A stretch of DNA of 63,841 nt, counting the filler, from Octopus bimaculoides (taxonomy: Eukaryota), in NCBI RefSeq assembly GCF_001194135.2. It is 4 parts of 4 records of this genome, joined end to end, with 100 filler letters (N's around TTAATTAATTAA, not from the genome) between each part and the next. Parts side by side here need not be neighbours in the genome. Positions count along the whole stretch, not along the records: positions 1 to 29,123 come from NC_069010.1; positions 29,224 to 40,059 come from NC_068998.1; positions 40,160 to 62,719 come from NC_068981.1; 1 more part is not named here. The stretch is one strand, 5' to 3'. Made by a program: the position numbers and the translations under genes. Position 1 is the stretch's first letter. The number at the start of each line of letters is the position of its first letter. The notes beneath the pieces are model-generated. The model had not been told where the DNA came from. It was given only the letters and a program-made list of their open reading frames with translations, and did not search any database. Shown in pieces: positions 28,579-41,000 of this stretch.

Positions 28579-29700
28579 CACACACACACACAGTTATCAC
28601 AATTTGTAAAATAGTACTTAGATTATTTCAAGTTAATCTCACTTATGCGGATACACACAGTCTCAAGCAGATACGCGCGCGCACACACATAAACACACAT
28701 TCTGATACACATACATATACAAACACACATGATCTCATACAGTTACACACGCGCGCACGCGCGTGCACCAGCAGACAGTTAGTGACATATTTTTCATTTC
28801 TCTATTTCTACTGGAATGCTAATGCCGGGGAAGAAGGAGGGTATACCGAGTAAGGGAAGCGAATTGACATGCATCAATCCCTCCAAATGCTTAGGCAGGG
28901 TTATGTACCTAATAGCATCACACAAACACACACACACACACACATACAAAACCCTCCTCCTCTTCTTTTCCCTCTCTCATTTAAACTCTTCCACTATCAC
29001 CGCCCATCTTCGACTGCTAACTCAAACTTTTTATTTTGCATTCATATAATTATAAATAAAGACGCCAATATATATCTATACACACACACACATACATAAC
29101 TGTGTGCGTTGTGTTCCGTTACTNNNNNNNNNNNNNNNNNNNNNNNNNNNNNNNNNNNNNNNNNNNNTTAATTAATTAANNNNNNNNNNNNNNNNNNNNN
29201 NNNNNNNNNNNNNNNNNNNNNNNATACATATATATGCATATATATATGTATGTGTGTATAATATTCATATATTCATTTCGAATATGAACAAAAGATTATT
29301 ATAATATCTGTATATTATTTGTAACGTAAACTTGGGATAATGGCCGGGGCAAATATAGGAAGACTTAAACGATATTGGATGAATAACAGCTTTATAATCT
29401 AACACTTTGAATGATATGCTTTCGACGTACAATAGCACGAAATATCCACTAAATATATCAAGTTAGAAGAAAGAAAATATAAAGGAATTGGTCGGTGATG
29501 CTTATGGAAATAAACCAAACTATAGTGATGGAATGGACATTGTTTATGTTGAATTGTAGTATGATATCGTACGCATCATAAGTCGCTAGCTTGCCATAAA
29601 AGATATTAGTATGTGAAGATTTTGTCAAGAGACAAAGTTTTATGGGAATACGCATATATTCATACACACACGCGTGCGTGTTTGCGTGTGTGTTTGTGAA

Positions 29701-29762
29701 GGCACGTGTCTTAGTGGTTAGGGCATTCGGATTACAATCGTAAGGTCGTGAGTTCGATACGC
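29701..29762 (+). mobile_element. tRNA-derived SINE head (A and B boxes), 3'-truncated
   Basis: tgtcttagtgg (A box) and gagttcgatac (B box). Related heads lie on the minus strand near 6340-6395 and 19455-19505. Confidence 0.7.
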
Positions 29763-30589
29763 GGTATAGCGATTTCAGATTACCTCCCATTGAGATTACC
29801 TCCAGGTAACCTGAAATCGCGTTTAGATTACCCCCATTTATGCATGTATATGTACGCACACACACACATACACACATACACACATACACATGCATGCATA
29901 CACACACACGCATGCATGCATACATACATTAACATCTACATGTGTATGTATATATTTCTCTTTATGTTTCAATTTAATTAGAGCATTAAACTAATTACTG
30001 CTATAATTAAGGTCAAAGAAATCCCTCCATATTTTGCTTTCTACTACAACTGCTAATTTACATAATTTATGGAAATTAGTCACACTGTATGCATGATGTC
30101 GTCGGCAAATCACACTCTCTTACATTCAGATTAAATATTATTTAAATATTCACACACAAGCTTAATATAATTTTAAATCACTCAGACCTGCGTTTCAAAT
30201 ATTGATCAATCATTTAGTCACTCACATTTGATTTAGTAAACATTATTATCTTACAGTTGGCATTCTAAGCACACTGACCGTTCAACTGAACTTTGTTTGT
30301 GCATCCAATTTATTCTGTTAAAGGCTGAGACACCAGACCTGACGACACACTTCTAGTTTTGACCTTTAGCTACAGCGAGATTTTAACTTAAATGAATAAA
30401 TAAACGCTGCTTTGGGAGTTGTTTACGTCATGGAACTTTCGTGAGATATGAAGTAAATTGTTTTTTAACGGCGAAACTCAATTTAGTTCATATTTCTCGA
30501 CGATTCTAATTATTATGGCATAAACAACATACAGATCTCGCTGGTAAGAACAAAGCTTCTAAGATGGATGGAAAATAATTCGAAATGTT

Positions 30590-30655
30590 TCTTTGGTATA
30601 ATGGTTGCACATCTGTCACGTTTACAGAAGATGTGGGTTCGAGACTCCCATACAG
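30590..30655 (+). pseudogene. tRNA-like sequence, copy 1
   Basis: A-box-like tggtataatgg; stem TCTGT/ACAGA around a 7-nt loop; B-box-like ggttcgaga; acceptor stem poor. Confidence 0.5.
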
Positions 30656-30733
30656 CCTTCAACTTACCCTCACCAGCTAATGGGGTTTTAACCAAATTTT
30701 CTGCATGTCATTATTTAAAGCTTCAAAGTTTCG

Positions 30734-31345
30734 TCTGTCTTTATGTTCTGAGTTCAAATTCCGCCGAGGTCGACTTTGCCTTTCATCCTTTCGGGATCGA
30801 TAAATTAAGTACCTGTTGCGTACTGGGACCGATCTAATCGACTTCCCCTCTCCCAAATTTCAGGCCTTGTGCCTATAGTAGAAAGGATTATTTGTAGTTT
30901 CAAAGGCGGCGAGCTGGTAGAATCGATAGCACACTGGCCGAAATACTTAGCGACATTTCGTCTGTCGTCATGTTCTGAGTTCAAATTCCGCCGAGGTCGA
31001 ATTTGCCTTTCATCCTTTCGGGGTCGATAAAATAAGTACCAGTGAAACACAGGGGTCGACTTATCCCCTTCCTCGAAATTACTGGCCTTGTGCCAAAATT
31101 TGAAAACGTTATTTATAGCTTTAACTAAGACGGTGAGCTGGCAGAATCGTCACCGCGCTGAAAAACAGTGCTTAGCAGCATTTCTTCCGACTTGGCGTCC
31201 TGAGTTCAAATACTAGCGGAGTCGATTTTGCCTTTCAGCCTTTCTGGGTCAATAAAATTAGTAACACTGGAGCACTGGAATCGATGTAATCGACTTACGC
31301 CATCCCCTGAAATTGCTGGCCTTGTGCCAAAGTTTGAGGCCAATA
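30734..31345 (+). mobile_element. Three head-to-tail SINE-A copies (30734-30892, 30903-31110, 31127-31345)
   Basis: Repeated ctgagttcaaat...gcctttca.cctttc...gtcgataaa...ggccttgtgcc. Confidence 0.92.
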
Positions 31346-32277
31346 TTTACCTGAAACCCAGTCACGATCCAATGAAGAAGCTTTTACACAGTTACTTGGA
31401 ACATTAACGTGAAACCCAAGATCGATCCAGTATGGAGGGGTCCAGCAATATTCACATGAAAGCCCGGTAAGAACCAGTAACGAAGCTTTAACGTGGTTAC
31501 TCAAACAGCTCCAGAAATAACAGCCAAATCTCCCACAGAATCACACCGTATCATTTTTAGAAAACAAGAAAGCATTGGTGAGGCCCACCGATGCTAAACT
31601 TTGAAAATGATGGGATGGTCGCAGCTGGAAATCCTTTGGTCAGTAGTCTGCTTGATTACAACTGAAAGGAACTAAACGATAACATGAAACCGTTACAGGG
31701 TTTACACCCCGGATACAATTCGAAATACTTTTAAATATCTGGGGGGGGGGCGATGCTGGCGGTGTTTTTGCCTGTTCCAAAGTTAATATGCTCTAGATAT
31801 CCTATAATTGTTCGCCTCCATTCTTGGTAAAAAAAAGAAATATTAATTAATAACTAATCGCCATTGCTTAATTAATCATCTTTATTTTTTAATTTCTTCC
31901 AATTATACTTAAAATCGATTATCAAAGTCCATTGATCTCGAAGCAGAATAATTTGAACGATTTGATTAATTCATGAATTAAATTACAACTAATTAAAAAT
32001 ATAATGTTAATGTTCTCTTTTACATTCTCATTGCATTAATAAGAACATTATATTCCAAGAAAAACTGCGTTAATAATTTTGGTTTTATTCTATTGATTGG
32101 TTCCTAGATTGGTATCTTTTTTTTTTGTTTTCTTTAACGTCAAATCGAGGAAAGTATTCTAGATATCCTCACTACATTCGTATATTTCACACAAATATAA
32201 AAGATAATGAGGGAGGATCTATGCTATTAGTTTCCTTACTAGACATAGCAAAAATCTCCCTCAATTTGCTCACCAAG

Positions 32278-32655
32278 AGAATCTTTTCTACTCTAGGCCC
32301 GAAATTTGGGGGGATGGAACTAGTCGATTAGATCGATCCCAGGACGCAACTGGTTCTTCATTTATCGACCCCGAAAGAATGAAAGGCAAGGTCAACCTCG
32401 GCAGAATTTGAACTCAGAACGTAAACACAGACGAAATACCGCTAAGCATTTCGCCCGGCGTGCTAACGTTTCTGCCAGTTCGCCGCCTTTTACACAGTTT
32501 CACACAGTTTCCATCTACCAAATGCTTCCACAAGGCGTTGGTTGGCCCAAAACTAAACTGGATGACACTTGACCAAAATCCCGCTGAGTGGAACCGAAAC
32601 CGAAACTAAATATTTGCAAGGTGAGCGCCGTAAGCACACAGCTACACATGCACCT
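32278..32655 (-). mobile_element. Well-preserved SINE-A (32278-32489) preceded by a CORE-SINE head (32505-32655)
   Basis: The reverse complement matches 30903-31110 and 13876-14035. Confidence 0.88.
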
Positions 32656-32901
32656 GTATCCCGACACTTTACTAACAGTTCTTTTTTGAAAACGTGGTTA
32701 ATGTAACGAATCGATATTTAATAAAACGATGTATTGATTGCTTAATTTATTCTGAGATTAAAATTTTATAATATCAAATATCAATACTTCGAGTGCTTTC
32801 CATGGTTACATCAAGGGAACTCTTAGTAACGTAAGGGCTGTGGCGGGGTTGGTCCATCCTGAGCAGCACTTTATGCATTTAGTACATTAGGGTCAGATGT
32901 A

Positions 32902-33114
32902 CGAAGGGGTGATGAAAAGTTCTTGGGTTTGTGAAAAAGAAAATACAGGATGATCAGTTAGTTGTGATTTTATTCAACATATTCCCCTTTCAGATTCATA
33001 CACAATGCAGCGGTCCTTCAGTTTTTTAAGCCCTATAAAAGAACTCGGAAAGTTGGGTCTCCAGCCAGGCCTTTCCCGATACCCGTAAAGCCAGGAACTT
33101 TTCAGCACCCCTCG
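32902..33114. mobile_element. 213-bp mariner-type MITE
   Basis: TIRs cgaaggggtgatgaaaagttcttgggttt and (revcomp) cgaggggtgctgaaaagttcctggcttt, with TA on both sides. Confidence 0.9.
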
Positions 33115-34071
33115 TATAAGCCTTATGAGGTAATGAGGCCATAATTGACACTCTATCGGTTATGACAATGAGTGTTGCAGTTGATCCGATCNNNNNNNNN
33201 NNNNNNNNNNNNNNNNNNNNNNNNNNNNNNNNNNNNNNNNNNNNNNNNNNNNNNNNNNNNNNNNNNNNNNNNNNNNNNNNNNNNNNNNNNNNNNNNNNNN
33301 NNNNNNNNNNNNNNNNNNNNNNNNNNNNNNNNNNNNNNNNNNNNNNNNNNNNNNNNNNNNNNNNNNNNNNNNNNNNNNNNNNNNNNNNNNNNNNNNNNNN
33401 NNNNNNNNNNNNNNNNNNNNNNNNNNNNNNNNNNNNNNNNNNNNNNNNNNNNNNNNNNNNNNNNNNNNNNNNNNNNNNNNNNNNNNNNNNNNNNNNNNNN
33501 NNNNNNNNNNNNNNNNNNNNNNNNNNNNNNNNNNNNNNNNNNNNNNNNNNNNNNNNNNNNNNNNNNNNNNNNNNNNNNNNNNNNNNNNNNNNNNNNNNNN
33601 NNNNNNNNNNNNNNNNNNNNNNNNNNNNNNNNNNNNNNNNNNNNNNNNNNNNNNNNNNNNNNNNNNNNNNNNNNNNNNNNNNNNNNNNNNNNNNNNNNNN
33701 NNNNNNNNNNNNNNNNNNNNNNNNNNNNNNNNNNNNNNNNNNNNNNNNNNNNNNNNNNNNNNNNNNNNNNNNNNNNNNNNNNNNNNNNNNNNNNNNNNNN
33801 NNNNNNNNNNNNNNNNNNNNNNNNNNNNNNNNNNNNNNNNNNNNNNNNNNNNNNNNNNNNNNNNNNNNNNNNNNNNNNNNNNNNNNNNNNNNNNNNNNNN
33901 NNNNNNNNNNNNNNNNNNNNNNNNNNNNNNNNNNNNNAAGATGTACAGATTAGGCTAGAGACAAACTGGCACAATAATACGAAGTTCTACCGAGCCGAGT
34001 GCGCTTGTGTTTCTGCATTTGCGGAACATCAATGAAACATTTTATTAGACTTCGTAAAGGTGATAAGAAAT

Positions 34072-34308
34072 TGTTATAATGTGGGTCCTCGTCTACTCGT
34101 TTGTTATAATGTTTTTTTATGCTATCCCAGTATTCCGCGTCTTATTACCTTTGACTCGTCTATCGTGCTATCGCTCATAGCTCCGCAAGACAATGACTTT
34201 GAAACGTCTACCTTGACAGTAACTCGAACTCGTATATATCTCGTAACTGACACTGACTCCAACTGAGAACTCGTACAACGACCTTACTACTACTCACCTC
34301 CTATAACA
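34072..34308. mobile_element. Possible solo LTR
   Basis: TGTTATA...TATAACA termini (start at 34072 or 34102); no target-site duplication found. Confidence 0.3.
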
Positions 34309-35421
34309 ACTGTCTAACTGTTTAACTTTATAGTGGCTTCTCCTACTTTGTCACGTGGGAAGGGGAGTACCATTTTCACTACAACAGAAATTTATTCCTC
34401 ATATGTCAACCATACGAATTACAGAAACATGTACAGAAATTAATCCAATAAATAATATTAGCACTGAGCATTTTGCATAAATTTAGCCAGTTAGTTAGTG
34501 TGGAATTTTATTATTCGATAACTAAATCTTTGCTCCAAAAAGGATTAGTTGTCACCAAGAATTATATTTCAATATGATTTATATTCCGATAGTTCTTTGC
34601 TTTCTTTCGATAATAATTTGTAACTCACAAAAGATAATGCTAATTCGTTTGATGTACAGAAAAACATTAAAGAAACTTCTAAGCTTTTCTGTCTTCAATA
34701 TTTTACGTTTATTGCATAATGAGTTGAACAAATTACAGTTTCGTTTGTATCGAAATGGCGACCTTATGGCAAGACGAAATATGGATGTCTACCCAACAGT
34801 TTCATGTATTCATAAAATATATCTCAGAGATATTTAAAGATTCACGTCTTTAAATTATTACAGCTGTCAGATTACAGCTGACACAATTTTACAATTTCAT
34901 TTATTTTTATTATTATTATTATTTTATTTATTTATTTTATTTATTTTTATTTTTATTATTATTTTATTTATTTTTCTGAAAAATTGGGAATGTTAAGTAT
35001 AACTTACCCCAATATTCTTTAGGTCTCTTCATGAAGCCTATCTAGGGATCTTCCCTAACCTTTCTGTATAACTGGTATAGGTCTTGATTCAGTTCGAAAG
35101 TCCTCTGGAATTTTCTCTTCAGTTTAGCTAGCTTTCAAACTCTAACGAATAGATCGCTCCCAGCAAGACAGTTTTTTTTTTTTACTGTAGGGTCGGTTGG
35201 CCGATATCTCTGCGGTTTGATTGAACCTGACCCTCAACCGTTTGCAACATGAATATATATTGTTGACATAATACGGAGAAGAAGAAGAAAAAACATTCGA
35301 GAGAAAGTGAAATAATCATTTTATGTTTTGGAATATTATATCTCGAAGCATACACATAAAGCTACAAATAACAGCATGTAAATATTAGGTTGAAAATCCC
35401 TTTGGGATAGAAGCTGAAGGT

Positions 35422-35486
35422 TCCCCATGAGACTCGAACCCACATCTCCTGTGGAAAGGACAGGCGTTCTACCACTGGACCAAAGA
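35422..35486 (-). pseudogene. tRNA-like sequence, copy 2
   Basis: tctttggtccagtggtagaacg-CCTGT-cctttcc-ACAGG-agatgtgggttcgagtctcatgggga; homologous to 30590-30655. Confidence 0.55.
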
Positions 35487-36132
35487 TTTCCTTTGAAATT
35501 CTGTAACATTTTTTTAGGAATCTTATTCTTTTCAGCGAGAAATGTTTGGTGTTGACGTCGAAAGAATTTTATAAACTTTCGATAGAACGTGAAATATCTG
35601 CGCACGCATGTGTGTGAGAAAGAGAATGAGAGAGAGAGAGAGAGAGAGAGAATGAAATGTAATAATTTTGACAATAAATGAATATGATAAACTAAATCTA
35701 AGTGTGAAACAGAAATAACTCGAGATATTTGGGTGTCTTTAAAATATTATCTATTGGCGGTGATAAGATTTATATCATTGTGTGAATTCAGTACATTTCT
35801 ATTCAATCGTATTGTAGAATAATTGCTGTGTGCATCAACAGCTAGCGAGTATATAATTACAAAGTAAATATTTTGACGCATGTCTACAAAGGCTGAACAT
35901 CTCTCATCTTTCGATTAATTCGTGGACGTCTTGAAATGATGTGAATATGTTTTCCATTTCTGCGATTTATGTAGCGTATATTTGAACGAGACCTGCCATG
36001 GACGTGCAAGGATGCATAGGAAAGAATTGATCGTTAAATAACATTAAGGAACGATCTTAAGGAACGATACTTAATGTACAGAATATCTGGTACTGTCATA
36101 TATGCGTGTATATGTATGTATGTGTATGTATA

Positions 36133-36163
<31 letters not shown>

Positions 36164-36278
36164 GTATATGATATATTTTTATTATATATATATATAGTTT
36201 TTTCATCATGTTAAACCGTTAAACCCGACACATTTTTTCTCTCCCTGTTCTTTTCTCTCTTCATTTCTTCCCTTCATC

Positions 36279-36316
36279 TCTTTCTGCCGAAGAGCGTAGG
36301 CTCGAAACGTCGAAGA
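36279..36316 (+). ncRNA. Minimal type I hammerhead ribozyme motif with an A6>C core substitution, inside a ~170-bp repeat (36225-36400)
   Basis: tcttt-CTGCCGA-A-GAGC gtag GCTC-GAAACGTC-gaaga: 5-bp stem I, 4-bp stem II, palindromic ACGT stem III, GUC cleavage triplet. Confidence 0.7.
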
Positions 36317-36411
36317 CTCTTCCGTTCTTCCCCCAGCGTCAAACTAATACACCTGCTTGTTGTTCCCTCGCTTGTCTTTGTTTTGTGTATATTTTAACCA
36401 TATATATATAC

Positions 36412-36454
<43 letters not shown>

Positions 36455-36725
36455 GACGTTAAGAAAATGGAGGAAAAATAACAATAAGAAGTGTGTCTGT
36501 CTTTTGCTCTAGGAAGTCATTATTTAATTAGTTAAGAAAAGTGAGATTAAAAGTGAGTTTACGATCGTTTCTGTGTACCATGGTGAGGAAAATATATACT
36601 TATATTTTTGCCTCGTTGCCAATGGTAGACATCATCAGAACGAAGAAGTCAGAGGTAGAGAAAAGAGTGAAAGGCAGAGGGATACATCGGAAAGCACCTC
36701 TAACTTATACCTGCATAACATATAT

Positions 36726-36772
<47 letters not shown>

Positions 36773-37899
36773 TTGAAGACTAAGTACTCTCTACTATTTT
36801 CATAAGAAACTACAGAGTAGAATATTTAGTTTGCAATTAAAGATCACAAAGTTAATTGCCATAGTAATNNNNNNNNNNNNNNNNNNNNNNNNNNNNNNNN
36901 NNNNNNNNNNNNNNNNNNNNNNNNNNNNNNNNNNNNNNNNNNNNNNNNNNNNNNNNNNNNNNNNNNNNNNNNNNNNNNNNNNNNNNNNNNNNNNNNNNNN
37001 NNNNNNNNNNNNNNNNNNNNNNNNNNNNNNNNNNNNNNNNNNNNNNNNNNNNNNNNNNNNNNNNNNNNNNNNNNNNNNNNNNNNNNNNNNNNNNNNNNNN
37101 NNNNNNNNNNNNNNNNNNNNNNNNNNNNNNNNNNNNNNNNNNNNNNNNNNNNNNNNNNNNNNNNNNNNNNNNNNNNNNNNNNNNNNNNNNNNNNNNNNNN
37201 NNNNNNNNNNNNNNNNATTCCTCATAAGATTATTTAGTGAAATAGATAAAGAATTATAGTTGATATTAACTAAAGTGTAGCTGATTTTCTGGAGGAATTA
37301 CAAGAAATTCACTACAGATTAAAAATATATATATGTGTGTCCGTTTCATGTCCTCTTCGTATTTCTTGATTTAAAATTTAAAATTTCTAACCCTGTCTCA
37401 CACTGTGAGGAGACAGTTATTTCTATTTGTATTAATGACCACCCAGAGGACACTACATGTGGCATTAAAGTTAGATACGAATAAATCCTACCTTCCCCGA
37501 AAAGCTAATGAAAGATTATTTTCTATAAAAAAGAACACAGATATTCTACGATATTTAATCCTATATATTCATAAGCGTATATACTCATCGTCAGCTGTGT
37601 TCACGTTCATTTCTACTTATCCTTTCTTATATTAATGTTTGCAATCAGAGTGATTTTGCAGATGAAACACATTACACAACTCACTCTCATGTAAAGTAAA
37701 AACATACGTACTATAAATGTTAAAATGGAATGTGTAATGAAATATCTTATGGTATAATCTAGTCTTCATTTTAAACGTAAGAACACACATTGCCATAAAT
37801 TTCATACGTTTAACCTCTTTCCCTTTCCCATCAAATCAGATTTATCATGTGGTCTTAATGGAAATTCGATCACGGTAAGTTATTCATATTGCAAATATG

Positions 37900-38600
37900 T
37901 TGCCGGTTCAAATAACCATTTTAATATCCACGCAAGGTTTACCAGCCTCTATGTGAGAAAAATTGGTTGAAATTGGTAAGGAAGGCAAGACCACATGATC
38001 TTCGTATGTGAATAGTAAGCAATAGGAGGGAGAATCTTGGCGAGAGATGTAGAAGGGTAAAGGAATCGAATGAGAAGAAGCGGGTGAAAGTTTAGGTGAG
38101 GAGAGGGGAAAGAATTGTGGTGAGAGGTGATTTGAAAGATAAGGAATAGATTGCTGAACTACAAGGAGGTGTAAGAGTAGAAGGAAAAATGCTTGTTGAA
38201 AACTAGTTAGCGTGGTACGAAAATCGGATATGGAACTTGGTTCTCTCCGTTTTCTTGGGTATGATTCCATGTTGCGCGAAACTGCCACTTACTTATAAGC
38301 GAGTAATGGAATTGCTCGTAGTGTTGAAGTGAATGAAGAGAGGTTGGCTTGGCATGCATGGTGGTATGCTTCGAAAGCAATGCTAAGTTTGCTGCGGTAG
38401 GCGAGCAGCAGTTCTGTGGGGCAATTACATGTAAAGAAAAGAGAATAGTCTAGATAGTCATGCTTGTTGATTTGGCGGAAATGGTAAAAGGTGATTGAGT
38501 ACGGTTTAATTGTGATGAAATTATCGACAGTGACGAGAAATGACGCAGACAGATGCGTTCGTATACGGTTCACACGCGCGCATGTCATTGTTTTCAATTG
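37900..38600 (-). mobile_element. Highly degenerate Penelope-like RT thumb/linker
   Basis: TFYHFRQINKHDYLDYS resembles the PLE Y.KPT..H.YL.YSS motif; weak. Confidence 0.35.
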
Positions 38601-39019
38601 TTTCTCCTTTACATGTGAGTTTTACAATCAGTGCGGCAAGGATGCCATGGGCACTAATTAGGTTCCAACGCAGGCAAATTTCTCAGTACAAGATATTAAT
38701 GTATTGCTTTTCAGTTCATTGAACCCATTGCAGAGTTTTACGGCCGCTTCTTCACTATTGCATCGGCTTCACATCAACAACAGCAGGCAGCAGTACACTA
38801 CTTTCATCTCATTGTCTCTTACATTTGCTTGCTTCACATTGACCTAGCTGGTGACCTTTATTATAGACTGAGGGAAAAAATGAACAGGAAAATATTTATA
38901 AACAAATCTATTGTACTAATGATTTCCGTCGTAGTAAATAACTGTTAATGATTGTCATTGCAGTGTTCCAGTTTGTCATACGGACTGTTTGCGTTATTCC
39001 GTGGTATTTTCAACGGGCG

Positions 39020-39098
39020 CACATACATACACACGGGCACACATATACTCACTCACTCACATATACTCATACACACACAAACACACATACACACATGC

Positions 39099-39167
<69 letters not shown>

Positions 39168-39327
39168 AATGTGTATGTATATGTATATATATCGAGTATA
39201 CACATGTGTATATACATAAATATATATCTACAAGTATATATAAATGTATGTGTAAAGATTGATATAAACACACGTACACTCATATACACAAACACACACA
39301 CGCACATACACACGAACATATATATAC

Positions 39328-39401
<74 letters not shown>

Positions 39402-39565
39402 TCATATATTGTCTCTTTGTTTCTCTAACTGCGTATCAGTCTGTCAACTTATTTGTTTACCCATTTAGCTATCAAGTCATTTCTTTATCCTTCTCTCTCT
39501 CTCTCTCTCTCCCTCGCTCTTCCTCTCTCTCCCACCCTCTCTCTCTCTATCTCTCTCTCTCTCTA

Positions 39566-39606
<41 letters not shown>

Positions 39607-39986
39607 CTCTCTCTATACCACAGGACCCATATGCTTAAATATCTACATATACTTTTCTCTTTTTATGTATCTATTTATTTATCTGTCTGTCTGTCTGTCT
39701 ATCTCTCTGCCTATATATCGATTTATCTATCTGGCCGCCTGTTTATTTGTTAATTCAGTTATCTGTCTAGTCATCTACCTATCTATCTCTCTGTGTTTAC
39801 TTATCAACATATCTATCGATTATCTACCTGCCTGTCTATTTCCATATTTATTTATCTGTCTACCTATCAGTCTGTCCGTTTATCAGTTTATCTATCTATC
39901 TACTCGCCTATCCATTTGTCTGTGTGCTTCTCTACCTCTCTACCTCTATTTCTATTTATCTTTCTCTTTTCCTCTCTCCTCCTCTC

Positions 39987-40059
<73 letters not shown>

Positions 40060-40280
40060 NNNNNNNNNNNNNNNNNNNNNNNNNNNNNNNNNNNNNNNNN
40101 NNNTTAATTAATTAANNNNNNNNNNNNNNNNNNNNNNNNNNNNNNNNNNNNNNNNNNNNATATATATATATATATATATACATGTATGTGTATGTATATA
40201 TGGATGTGTGTATTTATGTATGTGTGTTTGTATGTATGTATGTATATACGTATGTATGTATGTATGTATGTATGTATGTC
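39020..40280. repeat. Microsatellite cluster: (CA), (TA), (CT), (TCTA), (TATG)
   Basis: Directly visible. Confidence 0.95.
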
Positions 40281-40329
40281 ATGTGCAGTTCTGCACATTT
40301 TGCTTTATATATGTTTTCTCATTTATATC

Positions 40330-41000
40330 TATACATACTCATATATATTTAAATGATAAACTTCTTAAAAGTTTTACAGATCTTTTATATTTCCAGTGAT
40401 AGATTGGTTCTCTTGTCTACGAATTAGTTGTCACCTTTCTGGTTTTGGGAAGCTTAATTCCTCAAGGTTGGTTTTTAGGCACTGTGTTATATATCCCAGG
40501 GAGCCAATAATTACAGGTATAAATCTGAGCTTCTTATCTGGTTAGAGTACCTGCAGATTTCCCAATAGTTCAGCGTATGTATTCTATGTTTCACCGATTT
40601 TCAGCTGTACGTTAACATCAGCTGGGCAGCTAATTTCCACAGTTGTGCGCATTTTCTCTTCTCTATCCCAAATCATTATATCAGGTCTGTTGTGCTTACA
40701 TTTTATTGAGGTCTTCACTGGACATTCCAATAGTACTCTTGTTTATTATGAGTGGCTATGGATTCTACTATACTTTGGGCTCTTATTTCTTTATCCTCCA
40801 GATTATCCTTCCGACGGATTTCATCATAGAATGTCCTAGCCAGAACATCATGTCGCATCGATAGATAAAACCATTATGTTCTAGTTGATACCTTCGATGT
40901 TAACTTCGCAAAGTCTGTACCGTTTTACTGCATATCCTACATCTTTATCAACTTTTTTCATGCAATTGAAAAATCCTCAGTATTTATGGGATGACCCTAT
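40330..41000 (-). mobile_element. R4/Dong-like LINE family 2, 3' end
   Basis: Colinear with 45385-46060 (aaatgataaactt..., gctgggcagctaatttccaca). Confidence 0.85.

Noticed and set aside
29124-29223. TTAATTAATTAA island flanked by exactly 44 N on each side (also 40060-40159 and 62720-62819)
   Set aside because: An identical 100-bp construct occurs three times with stops in all six frames; it is an assembly or scaffolding spacer, not biology.
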